From: Burkholderiales bacterium
Lineage (GTDB): Bacteria; Pseudomonadota; Gammaproteobacteria; Burkholderiales; JABEVD01
Assembly (NCBI GenBank): GCA_019753155.1
Contig: JAIELG010000009.1
Coordinates: 47,744-111,743, forward strand
DNA length: 64,000 nt
Direction: 5' to 3'
Part shown: positions 1 to 7,829 of the stretch, one piece after another
How positions within the stretch are numbered: position 1 is the stretch's first letter
Layout: each line of letters opens with the position of its first letter
Notes under the pieces: generated by a model
What the model was told of the DNA's origin: nothing
The model's input: only the letters and a program-made list of their open reading frames with translations
The model's database searches: none
Translations under genes and position numbers: made by a program

Positions 1-281
1 TCGGCGGCAATTTGGACGACATCCTCTGCGAGCAGTTCGAGCGCACCGTGGGGCATGACAACTGCGTACATTTCGACGGAATGGCCCTGCAAATCCCATC
101 AGATCGCCATCGCTGCCATTATGTGAAAGCCAAAGTTCGGGTGACCCGTTACACGAACGGCAGTCTGGCCATATTTCACGGCCCCAGAAAACTCGCTCTC
201 TATGACGATAAGGGCAAGGAAATGAAACAGGATATACAAGCCGTCGCGCCGGTCCGCCGCGCGGCAAGCGCCGGGAATTGA
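1..281 (+). CDS. DDE (rve-type) transposase, C-terminal part; the 5' end is outside the window
   Basis: The reading frame is open to the window edge. The tail ...RTVGHDNCVHFDGMALQIP...KAKVRVTRYTNGSLAIFHG.RKLA.YD looks like the C-terminal beta-rich region of integrase-core transposases (ISNCY/IS481-like). The family call is tentative. Confidence 0.55.
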   Translation, partial: GGNLDDILCEQFERTVGHDNCVHFDGMALQIPSDRHRCHYVKAKVRVTRYTNGSLAIFHGPRKLALYDDKGKEMKQDIQAVAPVRRAASAGN

Positions 282-306
282 AACCACAATTCCAGACGCT
301 TAAAAG

Positions 307-350
307 CGGACAATTCATTTGCTACAAAACCGGACAGTTCTATTTGTTGC
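307..350 (+). repeat. Two roughly 20-nt direct sub-repeats just after the transposase stop; putative IS subterminal binding sites or right end
   Basis: CGGACAATTCATTTGCTAC (307-325) and CGGACAGTTCTATTTGTTGC (331-350) are about 80 percent identical with one indel. Confidence 0.35.
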
Positions 351-355
351 TAACA

Positions 356-416
356 CCCAGCTTCTTCGCCAAATCCTCGGCCCTCAAGTGTGTGTATCGT
401 TTCAGCATCTGCAAGG
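356..416 (-). pseudogene. Remnant of a tyrosine-integrase 3' end (last ~20 codons only)
   Basis: About 60 nt are roughly 85 percent identical to the 3' end of the intact integrase gene at 1751-1812. The remnant encodes ...LQMLKRYTHLRAEDLAKKLG. Similarity stops abruptly at 416. Confidence 0.6.
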
Positions 417-459
417 AAGCACGCGCCGCTGAACTCGACGCTCGCCCAATAAAAATCAT

Positions 460-934
460 GATTGACCCTCGACTTGCTACTTATACTTCGGCGCTTGAAC
501 TTCATCTCGTCGAGGTGGGGGACAAAGCCGCGACCGCAGAAATACCCGGAGAGCGGTTTGGAAAGGCCAGTAATGCGCTCTATAGCCTCGGGGTAGGTGC
601 TGAGCGCGAGCGGCTCATTTGCCTCGATCTGCGGCCTGGACTGAAGAAGGACGACTGCGATCTGGTACTGATTCTGGATAACCAGGCACTCGAAGCGAGG
701 GAAAGGACCGGTATCGACCTGTATACCACCAGCCAGGATCGCGTTGCGCGCGATGCCGAGCGCAAGCGACAGGTCGAGATGTTACGTAATAATGAAGCTC
801 CGCCCGGCCAGGCAATCGAGGCCGAACAGGAGCAGGCCGTAGCGGTCAAGGCTACACCAGAAGTGTCAAAAGAAGGGGTGTATTGGGAGGAATCGGAACC
901 CGAGATCGACGATGAAATGGATTTCGGGCTATAG
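460..934 (+). CDS. Hypothetical protein with an acidic C-terminus; start uncertain
   Basis: The ORF 278-934 overlaps the integrase remnant at its 5' end, so the only in-frame ATG (460) is used. There is no convincing RBS and no recognisable family. Confidence 0.35.
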
Positions 935-941
935 ACGGCGA

Positions 942-960
942 GCGAACCGCCTGGGTTCGC
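942..960. terminator. Stem-loop between convergent genes
   Basis: GCGAACC-gcctg-GGTTCGC, a 7-bp perfect stem between the 934 and 987 gene ends. Confidence 0.4.
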
Positions 961-986
961 CTTCTGCAACCGCTATCGCCGCGTCC

Positions 987-1340
987 TCATTGTCGGGGAC
1001 TTCCCAGCTCTCGATCGCCTATCATGGTCCATGCGTGCGAATGTTCAATAGGTTCGATTGCCAGGCGCATCCCCATGGCGCGTAAAATTGCGGACAGTGT
1101 GTTCAGCTCCGGGTTGCCTTTTTCGGACAGAGTGCGATACAGGGTATGTGCATTGACATCGGCTTGGCGTGCCACTTCGGCAACACCGCCGAATGTTTTG
1201 CTCAAGCTTCGCAACGCAATCATCAAGTCGGCTTCGTCGCCATCATGAAGCACAGAGTTCAGATATTCGGCGGCGAGATTTGGATCACGCCGAAACATTT
1301 CTGTCGTTGCTTCTTCATGAGTTCGATCAGTTCTTGCCAT
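987..1340 (-). CDS. Addiction-module antidote protein (HigA-like HTH antitoxin)
   Basis: FRRDPNLAAEYLN..L.DGD...ALRSL...GGVAEVARQADVNAHTLYRTLSEKGNPELNTLSAILRAMGMRL matches the 'probable addiction module antidote' family. A GGAG lies 8 nt upstream of the ATG. Confidence 0.8.
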   Translation of the reverse strand: MARTDRTHEEATTEMFRRDPNLAAEYLNSVLHDGDEADLMIALRSLSKTFGGVAEVARQADVNAHTLYRTLSEKGNPELNTLSAILRAMGMRLAIEPIEHSHAWTMIGDRELGSPRQ

Positions 1341-1348
1341 TTCGTGTT

Positions 1349-1408
1349 CTCCAATCTTTCAGTAGCCCGGTCCCGAAGAGAATCAAGCCAATCCTGATGA
1401 ACCGCATG
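1349..1408 (-). pseudogene. Possible N-terminal remnant of the cognate killer toxin
   Basis: The off-frame translation HAVHQDWLDSLRDRATERLE resembles the F..WL..L.D..A motif at the N-terminus of the toxins normally encoded just upstream of this antitoxin family. It has no start codon and spans about 20 codons. Confidence 0.3.
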
Positions 1409-1418
1409 GGGACGTTCC

Positions 1419-1658
1419 TCAACCGAGTTCCAGGCGCCGCTCGATGCGCTCGATGCGTTCGTTCAGCCGGTCCATGCGGACACCCATGGACGCAGCGATT
1501 TCCTCTGAATGTCCGAAGTCGCGCCGCAGACTGGCGACTGACACTTCCAGGTTTCCAATACGGGTGATGACCTCTTCGAGCTTGCGCTCGATGCGGTCTT
1601 GTCCCGCCTGAAAGCGCTTGAGGTGTTCGAGGATAATGTTCTCGGTGTTCTCAGTCAT
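1419..1658 (-). CDS. Small coiled-coil hypothetical protein (79 aa)
   Basis: A clean ORF with AGGTGA 9 nt upstream of the ATG. The sequence has heptad-like, E/R/L-rich character and no family is recognised. Confidence 0.5.
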   Translation of the reverse strand: MTENTENIILEHLKRFQAGQDRIERKLEEVITRIGNLEVSVASLRRDFGHSEEIAASMGVRMDRLNERIERIERRLELG

Positions 1659-1750
1659 TTGGTCCGGTCACCTGTTATGGGTTAATCGGTAATGGATAAT
1701 CTGGTACATTTTTATTTTAGCTTATAAGCGAATATATGCAAGAGCGATTT

Positions 1751-2806
1751 TTATCCCAGCTTCTTCGCCAGATCCCTTGCCTTCAAGTGCGTATACCGCT
1801 TCAGCATCTGCAAGGTTTTGTGACCAGTGATCGAGGCCACTTCCATCATGTCAAATTTGCCTGACTCGAACAGGCGGGAAGCGGCTTCGTGACGAAGATC
1901 ATGGAAGCGGACGCCTGAAAGAAACCCATCTAAAGCAGCCCGCTCTTCTTTCTCGCAATCTGCTTTATAGTTCCTTTGTGCACGCTCGATCGCATGCCCC
2001 CAGGATTGCACAACAGCACTTTGAGTGGTCGGAAACACTCTCCCGTTTATGGATCGGGGCAAACCCTGCAAAAGCGCTATGGCACGAGAGGAAAGCGGTA
2101 CGCCACGGTTTTCATCATTTTTTGCATCACGGACAAGTAAAATCTTGTCCTGCAAATCAACGTCCCTCCATTCCAGTTTTAGCAGCTCACCTTGCCGCAT
2201 TGCGGTTTCCAGGGCAATTACAGCTATAGGAAGGATCCACGCGTTGGATAAATCCCCCTTGCCTGAATCAGCCAAGGCAGCCATCAAGTACATTTCCTCA
2301 TCACCTTCCAGCCGACGATCGCGCGCATTATCAACCTTGGGTTTACGGACCATCATGACAGGGTTCATAACGCCCATCCCCCATTCTCTTGTTGCCGTGG
2401 TGTATAAATGGGAGAGTATGGCCAGATATTTCTGAACAGTCGATGCAGCGGCTCCTGCTGAAAGCATCTCATCCCGGTATGCCGCTATATCCGCAGGGCG
2501 GATGCTGGCAATGAATCGGGAGGATAAGGGATGCCGCATCAACTTGCCTATTTTGAGCGTTTCCTCCTTTGCTCCCTTTTTCGTGACAGTCACTTCGTTG
2601 AGGTACCGCTCAAGAGCCTCCTTGATGGTCGTTGACTCCGCTTCCGATCTGTCGATAAAAACGCCGCGATCCATTTCATGCTCAACCATCCTTGCCCAGG
2701 CTTCTGCATCCACCCTGGTTTCGAGCGTCTTGGTTTGATACGGGTAGCCCTTGCGCCTGATTTCGACTTGCCACTGATAATCGCCGCGCTTCCTGAAAGT
2801 CGCCAT
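1751..2806 (-). CDS. int: Tyrosine-type site-specific integrase (phage integrase family)
   Basis: The C-terminal catalytic motifs HDLRHEAASRL and ITGHKTLQMLKRYTH are present. The gene is adjacent to a tRNA fragment. Confidence 0.9.
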   Translation of the reverse strand: MATFRKRGDYQWQVEIRRKGYPYQTKTLETRVDAEAWARMVEHEMDRGVFIDRSEAESTTIKEALERYLNEVTVTKKGAKEETLKIGKLMRHPLSSRFIASIRPADIAAYRDEMLSAGAAASTVQKYLAILSHLYTTATREWGMGVMNPVMMVRKPKVDNARDRRLEGDEEMYLMAALADSGKGDLSNAWILPIAVIALETAMRQGELLKLEWRDVDLQDKILLVRDAKNDENRGVPLSSRAIALLQGLPRSINGRVFPTTQSAVVQSWGHAIERAQRNYKADCEKEERAALDGFLSGVRFHDLRHEAASRLFESGKFDMMEVASITGHKTLQMLKRYTHLKARDLAKKLG

Positions 2807-2817
2807 TATCGCCCCTC

Positions 2818-2838
2818 ATTACGACAAATTTACGACAA
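2818..2838 (+). repeat. Tandem direct repeat TTACGACAAA x2 between the int start and the att site; candidate arm-type or autoregulatory site
   Basis: TTACGACAAA at 2818-2827 and again at 2829-2838, beginning 12 nt from the integrase start codon. Confidence 0.4.
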
Positions 2839-2906
2839 AAACCCATAATTGAAATGTATATCACGCTGTAAGCCGCGTCAATACTAGCTTTATAGAAATC
2901 GAAGAG

Positions 2907-2956
2907 AGGGACTCATAATCCCTTGGTCCACGGTTCAAGTCCGTGCGGACCCACCA
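2907..2956 (+). tRNA. tRNA-Met (anticodon CAT), 3' fragment only (anticodon arm to CCA); att repeat, not a functional gene
   Basis: The fragment reads: anticodon stem AGGGA/TCCCT with loop CTCATAA, variable loop TGGTC, T-arm CACGG-TTCAAGT-CCGTG, acceptor 3' strand CGGACCC, discriminator A, then CCA. No complementary GGGTCCG 5' strand or D-arm lies upstream. Confidence 0.75.
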
Positions 2957-2962
2957 ACAAAA

Positions 2963-2994
2963 CCCCTGTAAATCATAAGTTTGCAGGGGTTTTT
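2963..2994 (+). terminator. Intrinsic terminator following the tRNA fragment
   Basis: CCCCTGTAAA...TTTGCAGGGG forms a stem with one mismatch and is followed by TTTTT. Confidence 0.6.
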
Positions 2995-3069
2995 CATTTC
3001 TACTGACCTACCCCTGGCTAAACTTGCAGACGAGGCCCTCGCCGAGCATGTGGCCGGGAAGACTCAGTC

Positions 3070-3348
3070 ATTCTGAGTATTTTTCGGTCGAAAACTACGG
3101 CTCAATTCCGCCAGATTTTAGCAGATGCTCCGCCTGACATACATGTGAGGGCGCGGACTGTGTACCGTCTTTGGGCCGAGAACCCATCTCATCCATCGCT
3201 TCGCTTCAAGAAGGTACATAATCAGTTGCCGATTTACTCAGTCCGCATTGACTTGGACTGGCGAGCAGTTGGAACATTGCATGACGGAACGGTGGTATGA
3301 TTCTGGATCGGCCCACATAGCGAATATGAAAAACTTCTTAGACATTGA
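3070..3348 (+). pseudogene. ParE-like (RelE/ParE superfamily) toxin pseudogene with an in-frame TGA at a conserved Trp position
   Basis: The translation is ...RTVYRLWAENPSHPSLRFKKVHNQLPIYSVRIDLDWRAVGTLHDGTVV*FWIGPHSEYEKLL. The stop at 3298-3300 sits where family members have W (WFWIG). There is no clear start codon. Confidence 0.6.
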
Positions 3349-3509
3349 TCCTCAGCTGCCTAACCCGGCAGTCGAGTCGGACGCGGCGAAGAAGCCGCCG
3401 CGCCGCTCACCCGGAAAAACCGGGCCGAGTTACCGTTGCCGGGAAACCGAGCGATGATCTTGCCCCCGGCACATTGAACAGCATCCTGAAACAAGCACGC
3501 CTCAAATAG
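3345..3509 (+). pseudogene. hicA: HicA-family toxin, N-terminally truncated or degenerate
   Basis: The C-terminal 33 aa HPEKPGRVTVAGKPSDDLAPGTLNSILKQARLK are a strong HicA match. The upstream 20 codons are R/S-rich, lack the GSH motif and the N-terminal helix, and only a TTG start is available. Confidence 0.5.
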
Positions 3510-3516
3510 GAGCCAT

Positions 3517-3729
3517 ATGCGATACGCCATTGTCATCGAAAATGCCGGAAACAACTTCTCTGCTTATGCGCCTGACCTCCCTGGTTGTGTAGCTACCGGA
3601 GCAACCCTGGAAGAAGCCGAGCGCGAAATTCGTGAAGCCATCGCATTCCATATCGTTGGTCTTCGGGAAGATGGCCTGCCTGTTCCATTACCTACAAGCC
3701 AGGTCGAGTACATTGAAGTCGCGGCATAA
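3517..3729 (+). CDS. hicB: HicB-family antitoxin (UPF0150)
   Basis: MRYAIVIENAGNNFSAYAPDLPGCVATGATLEEAEREIREAIAFH... is the typical HicB N-terminal domain. AGGAG lies upstream of the ATG. Confidence 0.85.
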   Translation: MRYAIVIENAGNNFSAYAPDLPGCVATGATLEEAEREIREAIAFHIVGLREDGLPVPLPTSQVEYIEVAA

Positions 3730-3823
3730 TCGGGTAAGGACCGGCTGAGAGCCGCATCCCCACGCCATTCGGGGTCTAGAAAGGTGGCATATGCAATAAC
3801 GGGGGCAGGAAATCACGCGCCGC

Positions 3824-3949
3824 ATGCCGGACCGGAACGCTGCGATTGTTGCCGCCCATGCAACGGGCGGGTATTCTTATCCAGAAATCGCCGACCATTT
3901 CGGCATCCACCTCACTACGGTGGGCAGGATCGTGAGAAAAGAGAAATGA
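3824..3949 (+). pseudogene. Isolated helix-turn-helix fragment (42 codons), probably the C-terminal remnant of a transposase or regulator
   Basis: ...NAAIVAAHATGGYSYPEIADHFGIHLTTVGRIVRKEK is an HTH of the kind found at the C-terminus of some Y1/REP-associated transposases. It is flanked by a 10-bp inverted repeat (3774-3783 and 3957-3966). Confidence 0.3.
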
Positions 3950-4001
3950 CTTGCTACTTTCTAGACCTGACCCAGAATGCGGTGACCCCGAAGGCCCGAC
4001 T

Positions 4002-4346
4002 TTAGAACGCCACCAAAACAGGCTCGTCGGCGATTTCGTACTGGCAGGCAAGACGCCACCTGGGCGGGATGTCCTTCAATACATGCGATTCGCTTTCCTC
4101 GCGGCTCATCTTTCCGGCGCGAAGCAATTCACGCCGCTCGATATCGTTCAGGCTGACCACCCTGGCGCTCCTGCGCATGGGCGCAACTTTTACGGCACAG
4201 GAACCGCACTTCCCCTCCCCGCAAATGCAGGTCTTGGGGAGATTGTAGCGCTCCATCAGCTTGAGCAGGGTGACATGGCTATTCTCCGGCACCTCGACTA
4301 CCAGCCGCTCCCGCATGGGAGGCGTAAGAAAAGTGACCGTAACCAT
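4002..4346 (-). CDS. [2Fe-2S] ferredoxin, Shethna protein II (FeSII)-like, copy 2
   Basis: The Cys cluster is C.CGEGKCGSC...RLACQ and the C-terminus is DIPPRWRLACQYEIADEPVLVAF. GGGGTGA lies 5 nt before the ATG. It is the last gene of the nifHDK string. Confidence 0.8.
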   Translation of the reverse strand: MVTVTFLTPPMRERLVVEVPENSHVTLLKLMERYNLPKTCICGEGKCGSCAVKVAPMRRSARVVSLNDIERRELLRAGKMSREESESHVLKDIPPRWRLACQYEIADEPVLVAF

Positions 4347-4370
4347 GATTCACCCCATCGACTTAAGTGA

Positions 4371-4718
4371 TCAGAACTTCACCAGGATGTCCTCGTTGCG
4401 CACGATATACTGGCAAGCCAGGCGCCACGGCGGTGGAATATCCTTGAGTTCGGCATCTTCGATCTGCTGCTTGCTGATTTTTCCGGCAAGCTTCAAGACC
4501 GTCTTTTCCTTTTCGGTCAGGTGCATGCCCATGGGCTGCCTGTCCGACAGGACACTGACTTCCAGCGCGCAGGAACCGCATTCACCGTTTTCGCACTCGA
4601 AATCGACCGGAATCTTGTTCGCCCTGGCGGTCGCCAGCAGGGTGCTGCAGTCTCCTGCGGTGGCGTAAACCGTGACATCCTTTTTCATCTTGGGTGAACT
4701 GAATGTTACATTAGCCAT
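4371..4718 (-). CDS. [2Fe-2S] ferredoxin, Shethna protein II (FeSII)-like, copy 1
   Basis: MANVTFSSPKM...FECENGECGSCALEV...LTEKEKTVLK..GK...DIPPPWRLACQYIVRNEDILVKF is colinear, from my recollection, with Azotobacter FeSII. I chose the internal ATG at 4718, which has an AAGGAA RBS, over the longer ORF. Confidence 0.85.
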   Translation of the reverse strand: MANVTFSSPKMKKDVTVYATAGDCSTLLATARANKIPVDFECENGECGSCALEVSVLSDRQPMGMHLTEKEKTVLKLAGKISKQQIEDAELKDIPPPWRLACQYIVRNEDILVKF

Positions 4719-4738
4719 GATGTTCCTTCTATAAAAAG

Positions 4739-4766
4739 AGAGGCGGGGGCAAAGCCCCCAACCTCT
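4739..4766 (-). terminator. Stem-loop plus U-rich tract just after the nifK stop; partial terminator or mRNA-stabilising hairpin
   Basis: The RNA sense reads GAGGUUGGGGGC-UUU-GCCCCCGCCUCUC followed by UUUUUA. The downstream ferredoxin genes imply read-through. Confidence 0.45.
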
Positions 4767-4768
4767 TG

Positions 4769-6307
4769 TCAACGGATGATGTCGAAGCTGTAATCGCTCT
4801 TCGCCGGGATGTTGGTGGTGTTGTCCATCACGTCAAAAATCTTGTCGAGGATCGTGATCAGAACGTTCATTCCACCCTGATAGCCCCATACCGGACGACG
4901 GTGGTGATGGTGGCGATCGAAAACAGGGAAACCGATGCGGATGAGCGGCGTTCCGGTATCACGATCGAGGTACTTCCCGTAGGTGTTGCCGATCAGGAAA
5001 TCGACCGGTTCGGTGAAGAGCAGGGAACGCATGTGCCAGAGATCCTTCCCTGCATAGGCATGGCAACCCTTGCCGAAAGGCGAGCTTTCGAACAGTTCGT
5101 TCATTTTTGCTTCCCATTCCTTGCCGCCGTTGGTGGAAAGAACATGGACAGGCTCCGCGCCGAGTTCCATGAGAAATGCGGCAAGTCCGAGCGTGAGATC
5201 CGGGTCGCCGTAGATCGCAAATTTCTTGCCGTGGATATGTGCGCTCGAATCCGCAATCGCATCCACCAGACGTCCGCGCTCCTTGGTCAACTCCGTGGGA
5301 ATAGTCTTGCCCGTGATCCTGGAAACTTCCATCAGGAACTTGTCCGTGGCGGCGACGCCCACGGGATGATTGAAGGCGGCGACTTCCTGCCCTTTTTCCG
5401 CGGCATAGGCGAGCGTCTTCTCGCTGCAGAACTGCTGCATCGCAATCGTGGCCTTGGCGTTCAGCGCTGCCGCCGTATCTTCGAGCGTGGTGCCGCCGTC
5501 GTACATGCGGAACTCGCCGTCAGCCGGGGTATCGAACACTTCGCTGTTGTCGGCGAGTATCGTATGTTCGACGCCCATGAGGTCGAACATGCGCTTCACT
5601 TCGCGCAGGTTGCCCACGGTATAGCCGTCGAAACCGCCGATGAAGTTGATCTTGTCGTTGGGGGTGCGTTCCTTGCCTTCCCAGAAGTTGGAAAGGATGC
5701 CCCTGAGCGCATTGTCGTAACCCGTGATATGGCTGCCGACGAATGCAGGCGTATGGGCGTAGGGGACGGGATAGTCCTCGGGAACGCTGCCCTTGTTTTT
5801 CGCGTTGGTGATGAAGCCGTTCAGGTCGTCCCCGATCACTTCGGCCATGCAGGTCGTGGAAACGGCAATCATCTTCGGCTTGTACATGGCATAGGTGTTG
5901 GCCAACCCGTCGATCATGTTGTTGAGTCCGCCGAACACCGCAGCATCTTCCGTCATCGAGGAGGACACGCAGGAAGAAGGTTCCTTGAAATGACGGGAAA
6001 GATGGCTGCGATAATAGGCCACGCAGCCTTGCGAACCATGCACGAAAGGCATCGTCTTTTCGAAGCCGACTGCGACGAAAACAGCGCCCAAAGGCTGGCA
6101 TGCCTTGGCCGGGTTGACGGTCAGCGCTTCGCGGCTGAAATTCTTCTCCCGGTATTCCCAGGATTTCGTCCATTCGCGGGTCTCTTCGACCTTGTCCATG
6201 GGATGGGGAAATTCGAAATTCTTTTTCTTGCTTTCGAACATCTCGATGTATTCCGGCTCGCGGAACAGGTTGAAATGGTCGAGTACGTTGTTCGAACTCT
6301 GAGTCAT
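4769..6307 (-). CDS. nifK: Nitrogenase MoFe protein beta chain
   Basis: 512 aa. It has the N-terminal ...[38 protein letters not shown] motif and follows nifD. Confidence 0.97.
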   Translation of the reverse strand: MTQSSNNVLDHFNLFREPEYIEMFESKKKNFEFPHPMDKVEETREWTKSWEYREKNFSREALTVNPAKACQPLGAVFVAVGFEKTMPFVHGSQGCVAYYRSHLSRHFKEPSSCVSSSMTEDAAVFGGLNNMIDGLANTYAMYKPKMIAVSTTCMAEVIGDDLNGFITNAKNKGSVPEDYPVPYAHTPAFVGSHITGYDNALRGILSNFWEGKERTPNDKINFIGGFDGYTVGNLREVKRMFDLMGVEHTILADNSEVFDTPADGEFRMYDGGTTLEDTAAALNAKATIAMQQFCSEKTLAYAAEKGQEVAAFNHPVGVAATDKFLMEVSRITGKTIPTELTKERGRLVDAIADSSAHIHGKKFAIYGDPDLTLGLAAFLMELGAEPVHVLSTNGGKEWEAKMNELFESSPFGKGCHAYAGKDLWHMRSLLFTEPVDFLIGNTYGKYLDRDTGTPLIRIGFPVFDRHHHHRRPVWGYQGGMNVLITILDKIFDVMDNTTNIPAKSDYSFDIIR

Positions 6308-6337
6308 GATAATCTCCTAAATGTCAGTCAAGCGTAA

Positions 6338-7795
6338 TCAGGCTTTTGCCCAGGGCGCGCGGGTCAGGCCCCATACGGGGTTGTTGATCGCCATGTCCAT
6401 GTCCCGTGCGAAAATGGCAAAGCCGTCGTAGCCGTGGTAAGGACCGGAATAATCCCAGGAATGCATCTGGCGGAAAGGCACGCCCATTTTCTGGAACACG
6501 TATTTCTCCTTGATCCCGGAACCGACGAGATCGGGCTGAACCTTCTCGACGAATTTCTCGAATTCGTAGCCGGTCACGTCGTCATAAATCAGGGTGCCAT
6601 CCTTCACGTAATGGGTGGTGCGCTGATAGTCGTCGTTGTGTCCGAACTCGTACCCGGTTCCGACCACTTCCATGCCCAGATCCTCATAGGCGCCGATCAC
6701 ATGGCGCGGCCTCAAGCCTCCCACGAACAGCATGACGGTCTTGCCTTCGAGACGCGGCTTGTACTTGTCGATGACGGCCTGCATCATCGGCTTATACTTG
6801 GCGATCACTTTCTCGGCGCCTTCCTTGATCTTGTCGTCGAAATGGCTTGCGATTTCGCGCAGGGAAGCCTCGATCTTGGACGGTCCGAAGAAATTGTACT
6901 CGACCCATGGAATCCCGTATTTCTCTTCCATGTGGCGAGAAATGTAGTTCATCGAGCGATAGCAGTGCAGCACGTTGAGCTTGGCTTTCGGCGTATTCTC
7001 GAGCTCGGCGATACTGCCGTCGCCCGACCACTGGGCGATCACCCTCAGACCCATTTCCTCGAGCAGGATGCGGGAAGCCCATGCGTCCCCGCCGATGTTG
7101 TAGTCGCCGATAATCGCGACATCATAGGGGGTGCCCACGAACTCCGGGTGCTTGTTGTCGGACTTGTCGAAAACCCAGTCGCGCACCGCGTCGTTTGCGA
7201 TATGGTGGCCAAGCGACTGGGAGACGCCGCGAAAACCCTCGCAGCGCACCGGGACAATGGTCTTGCCGCCGAATTCCTTGGATTTCTTCTTGGAAACAGC
7301 CTCGATGTCGTCGCCGATGAGTCCGATCGGGCACTCGGACTGGACCGTGATCCCCTTGTTGAGGGGAAAAAGATCCTCGATTTCGTCCATGATCTTCTCG
7401 AGCTTCTTGTCCCCGCCGAAGACGATGTCCTTTTCCTGGAAGTCGGAAGTGAACTGCATGGTAACGAAGCTGTCGATCCCGGTCGTGCCGATGTAATAGT
7501 TGCGCCTCGCAGCCCAGGAATACTGGCCGCATCCAACGGGACCATGGCTGATGTGGATCATATCCTTGATGGGACCCCATACCACGCCCTTGGATCCCGC
7601 ATAGGCGCAGCCGCGTATGGTCATGACACCGGGAATGGATTTGATGTTGGACTTGACGTTGCAATCGGTCTTGCCTTCCTCATAGACATTGAGGTGCTTG
7701 GCGCGCCGCTTCGCAGTTTTATCCGGATAGACTTCGAGAACTTCCTTGATCAGATCCTGGTTTCTGGCTTTGACTTGCTCTACTGTCAGGCTCAT
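6338..7795 (-). CDS. nifD: Nitrogenase MoFe protein alpha chain
   Basis: 485 aa. Motifs include ...[33 protein letters not shown]... and ...HCYRSMNY..., and the gene sits in nifH-D-K order. Confidence 0.97.
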   Translation of the reverse strand: MSLTVEQVKARNQDLIKEVLEVYPDKTAKRRAKHLNVYEEGKTDCNVKSNIKSIPGVMTIRGCAYAGSKGVVWGPIKDMIHISHGPVGCGQYSWAARRNYYIGTTGIDSFVTMQFTSDFQEKDIVFGGDKKLEKIMDEIEDLFPLNKGITVQSECPIGLIGDDIEAVSKKKSKEFGGKTIVPVRCEGFRGVSQSLGHHIANDAVRDWVFDKSDNKHPEFVGTPYDVAIIGDYNIGGDAWASRILLEEMGLRVIAQWSGDGSIAELENTPKAKLNVLHCYRSMNYISRHMEEKYGIPWVEYNFFGPSKIEASLREIASHFDDKIKEGAEKVIAKYKPMMQAVIDKYKPRLEGKTVMLFVGGLRPRHVIGAYEDLGMEVVGTGYEFGHNDDYQRTTHYVKDGTLIYDDVTGYEFEKFVEKVQPDLVGSGIKEKYVFQKMGVPFRQMHSWDYSGPYHGYDGFAIFARDMDMAINNPVWGLTRAPWAKA

Positions 7796-7829
7796 TTTGC
7801 CCTCCTAAAAAATGATGAAAAATGATTTC

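Larger units (their letters stand above)
1..2956. mobile_element. Right-hand end of a tRNA-integrated genomic island (IS fragment, integrase remnant, TA remnants, intact integrase), bounded by a tRNA-Met 3' repeat (attR-like)
   Basis: A tyrosine integrase lies next to a roughly 50-nt 3' fragment of tRNA-Met. The fragment keeps its native-looking terminator but has no 5' half, as expected for the distal att repeat. The island body is to the left and runs off the window. Confidence 0.6.

Noticed and set aside
2881-2956. Whether a complete tRNA-Met gene is present.
   Set aside because: The 26 nt upstream of the anticodon stem cannot form a D-arm, and nothing pairs with the CGGACCC acceptor 3' strand. 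Only the 3' part is tRNA-derived.
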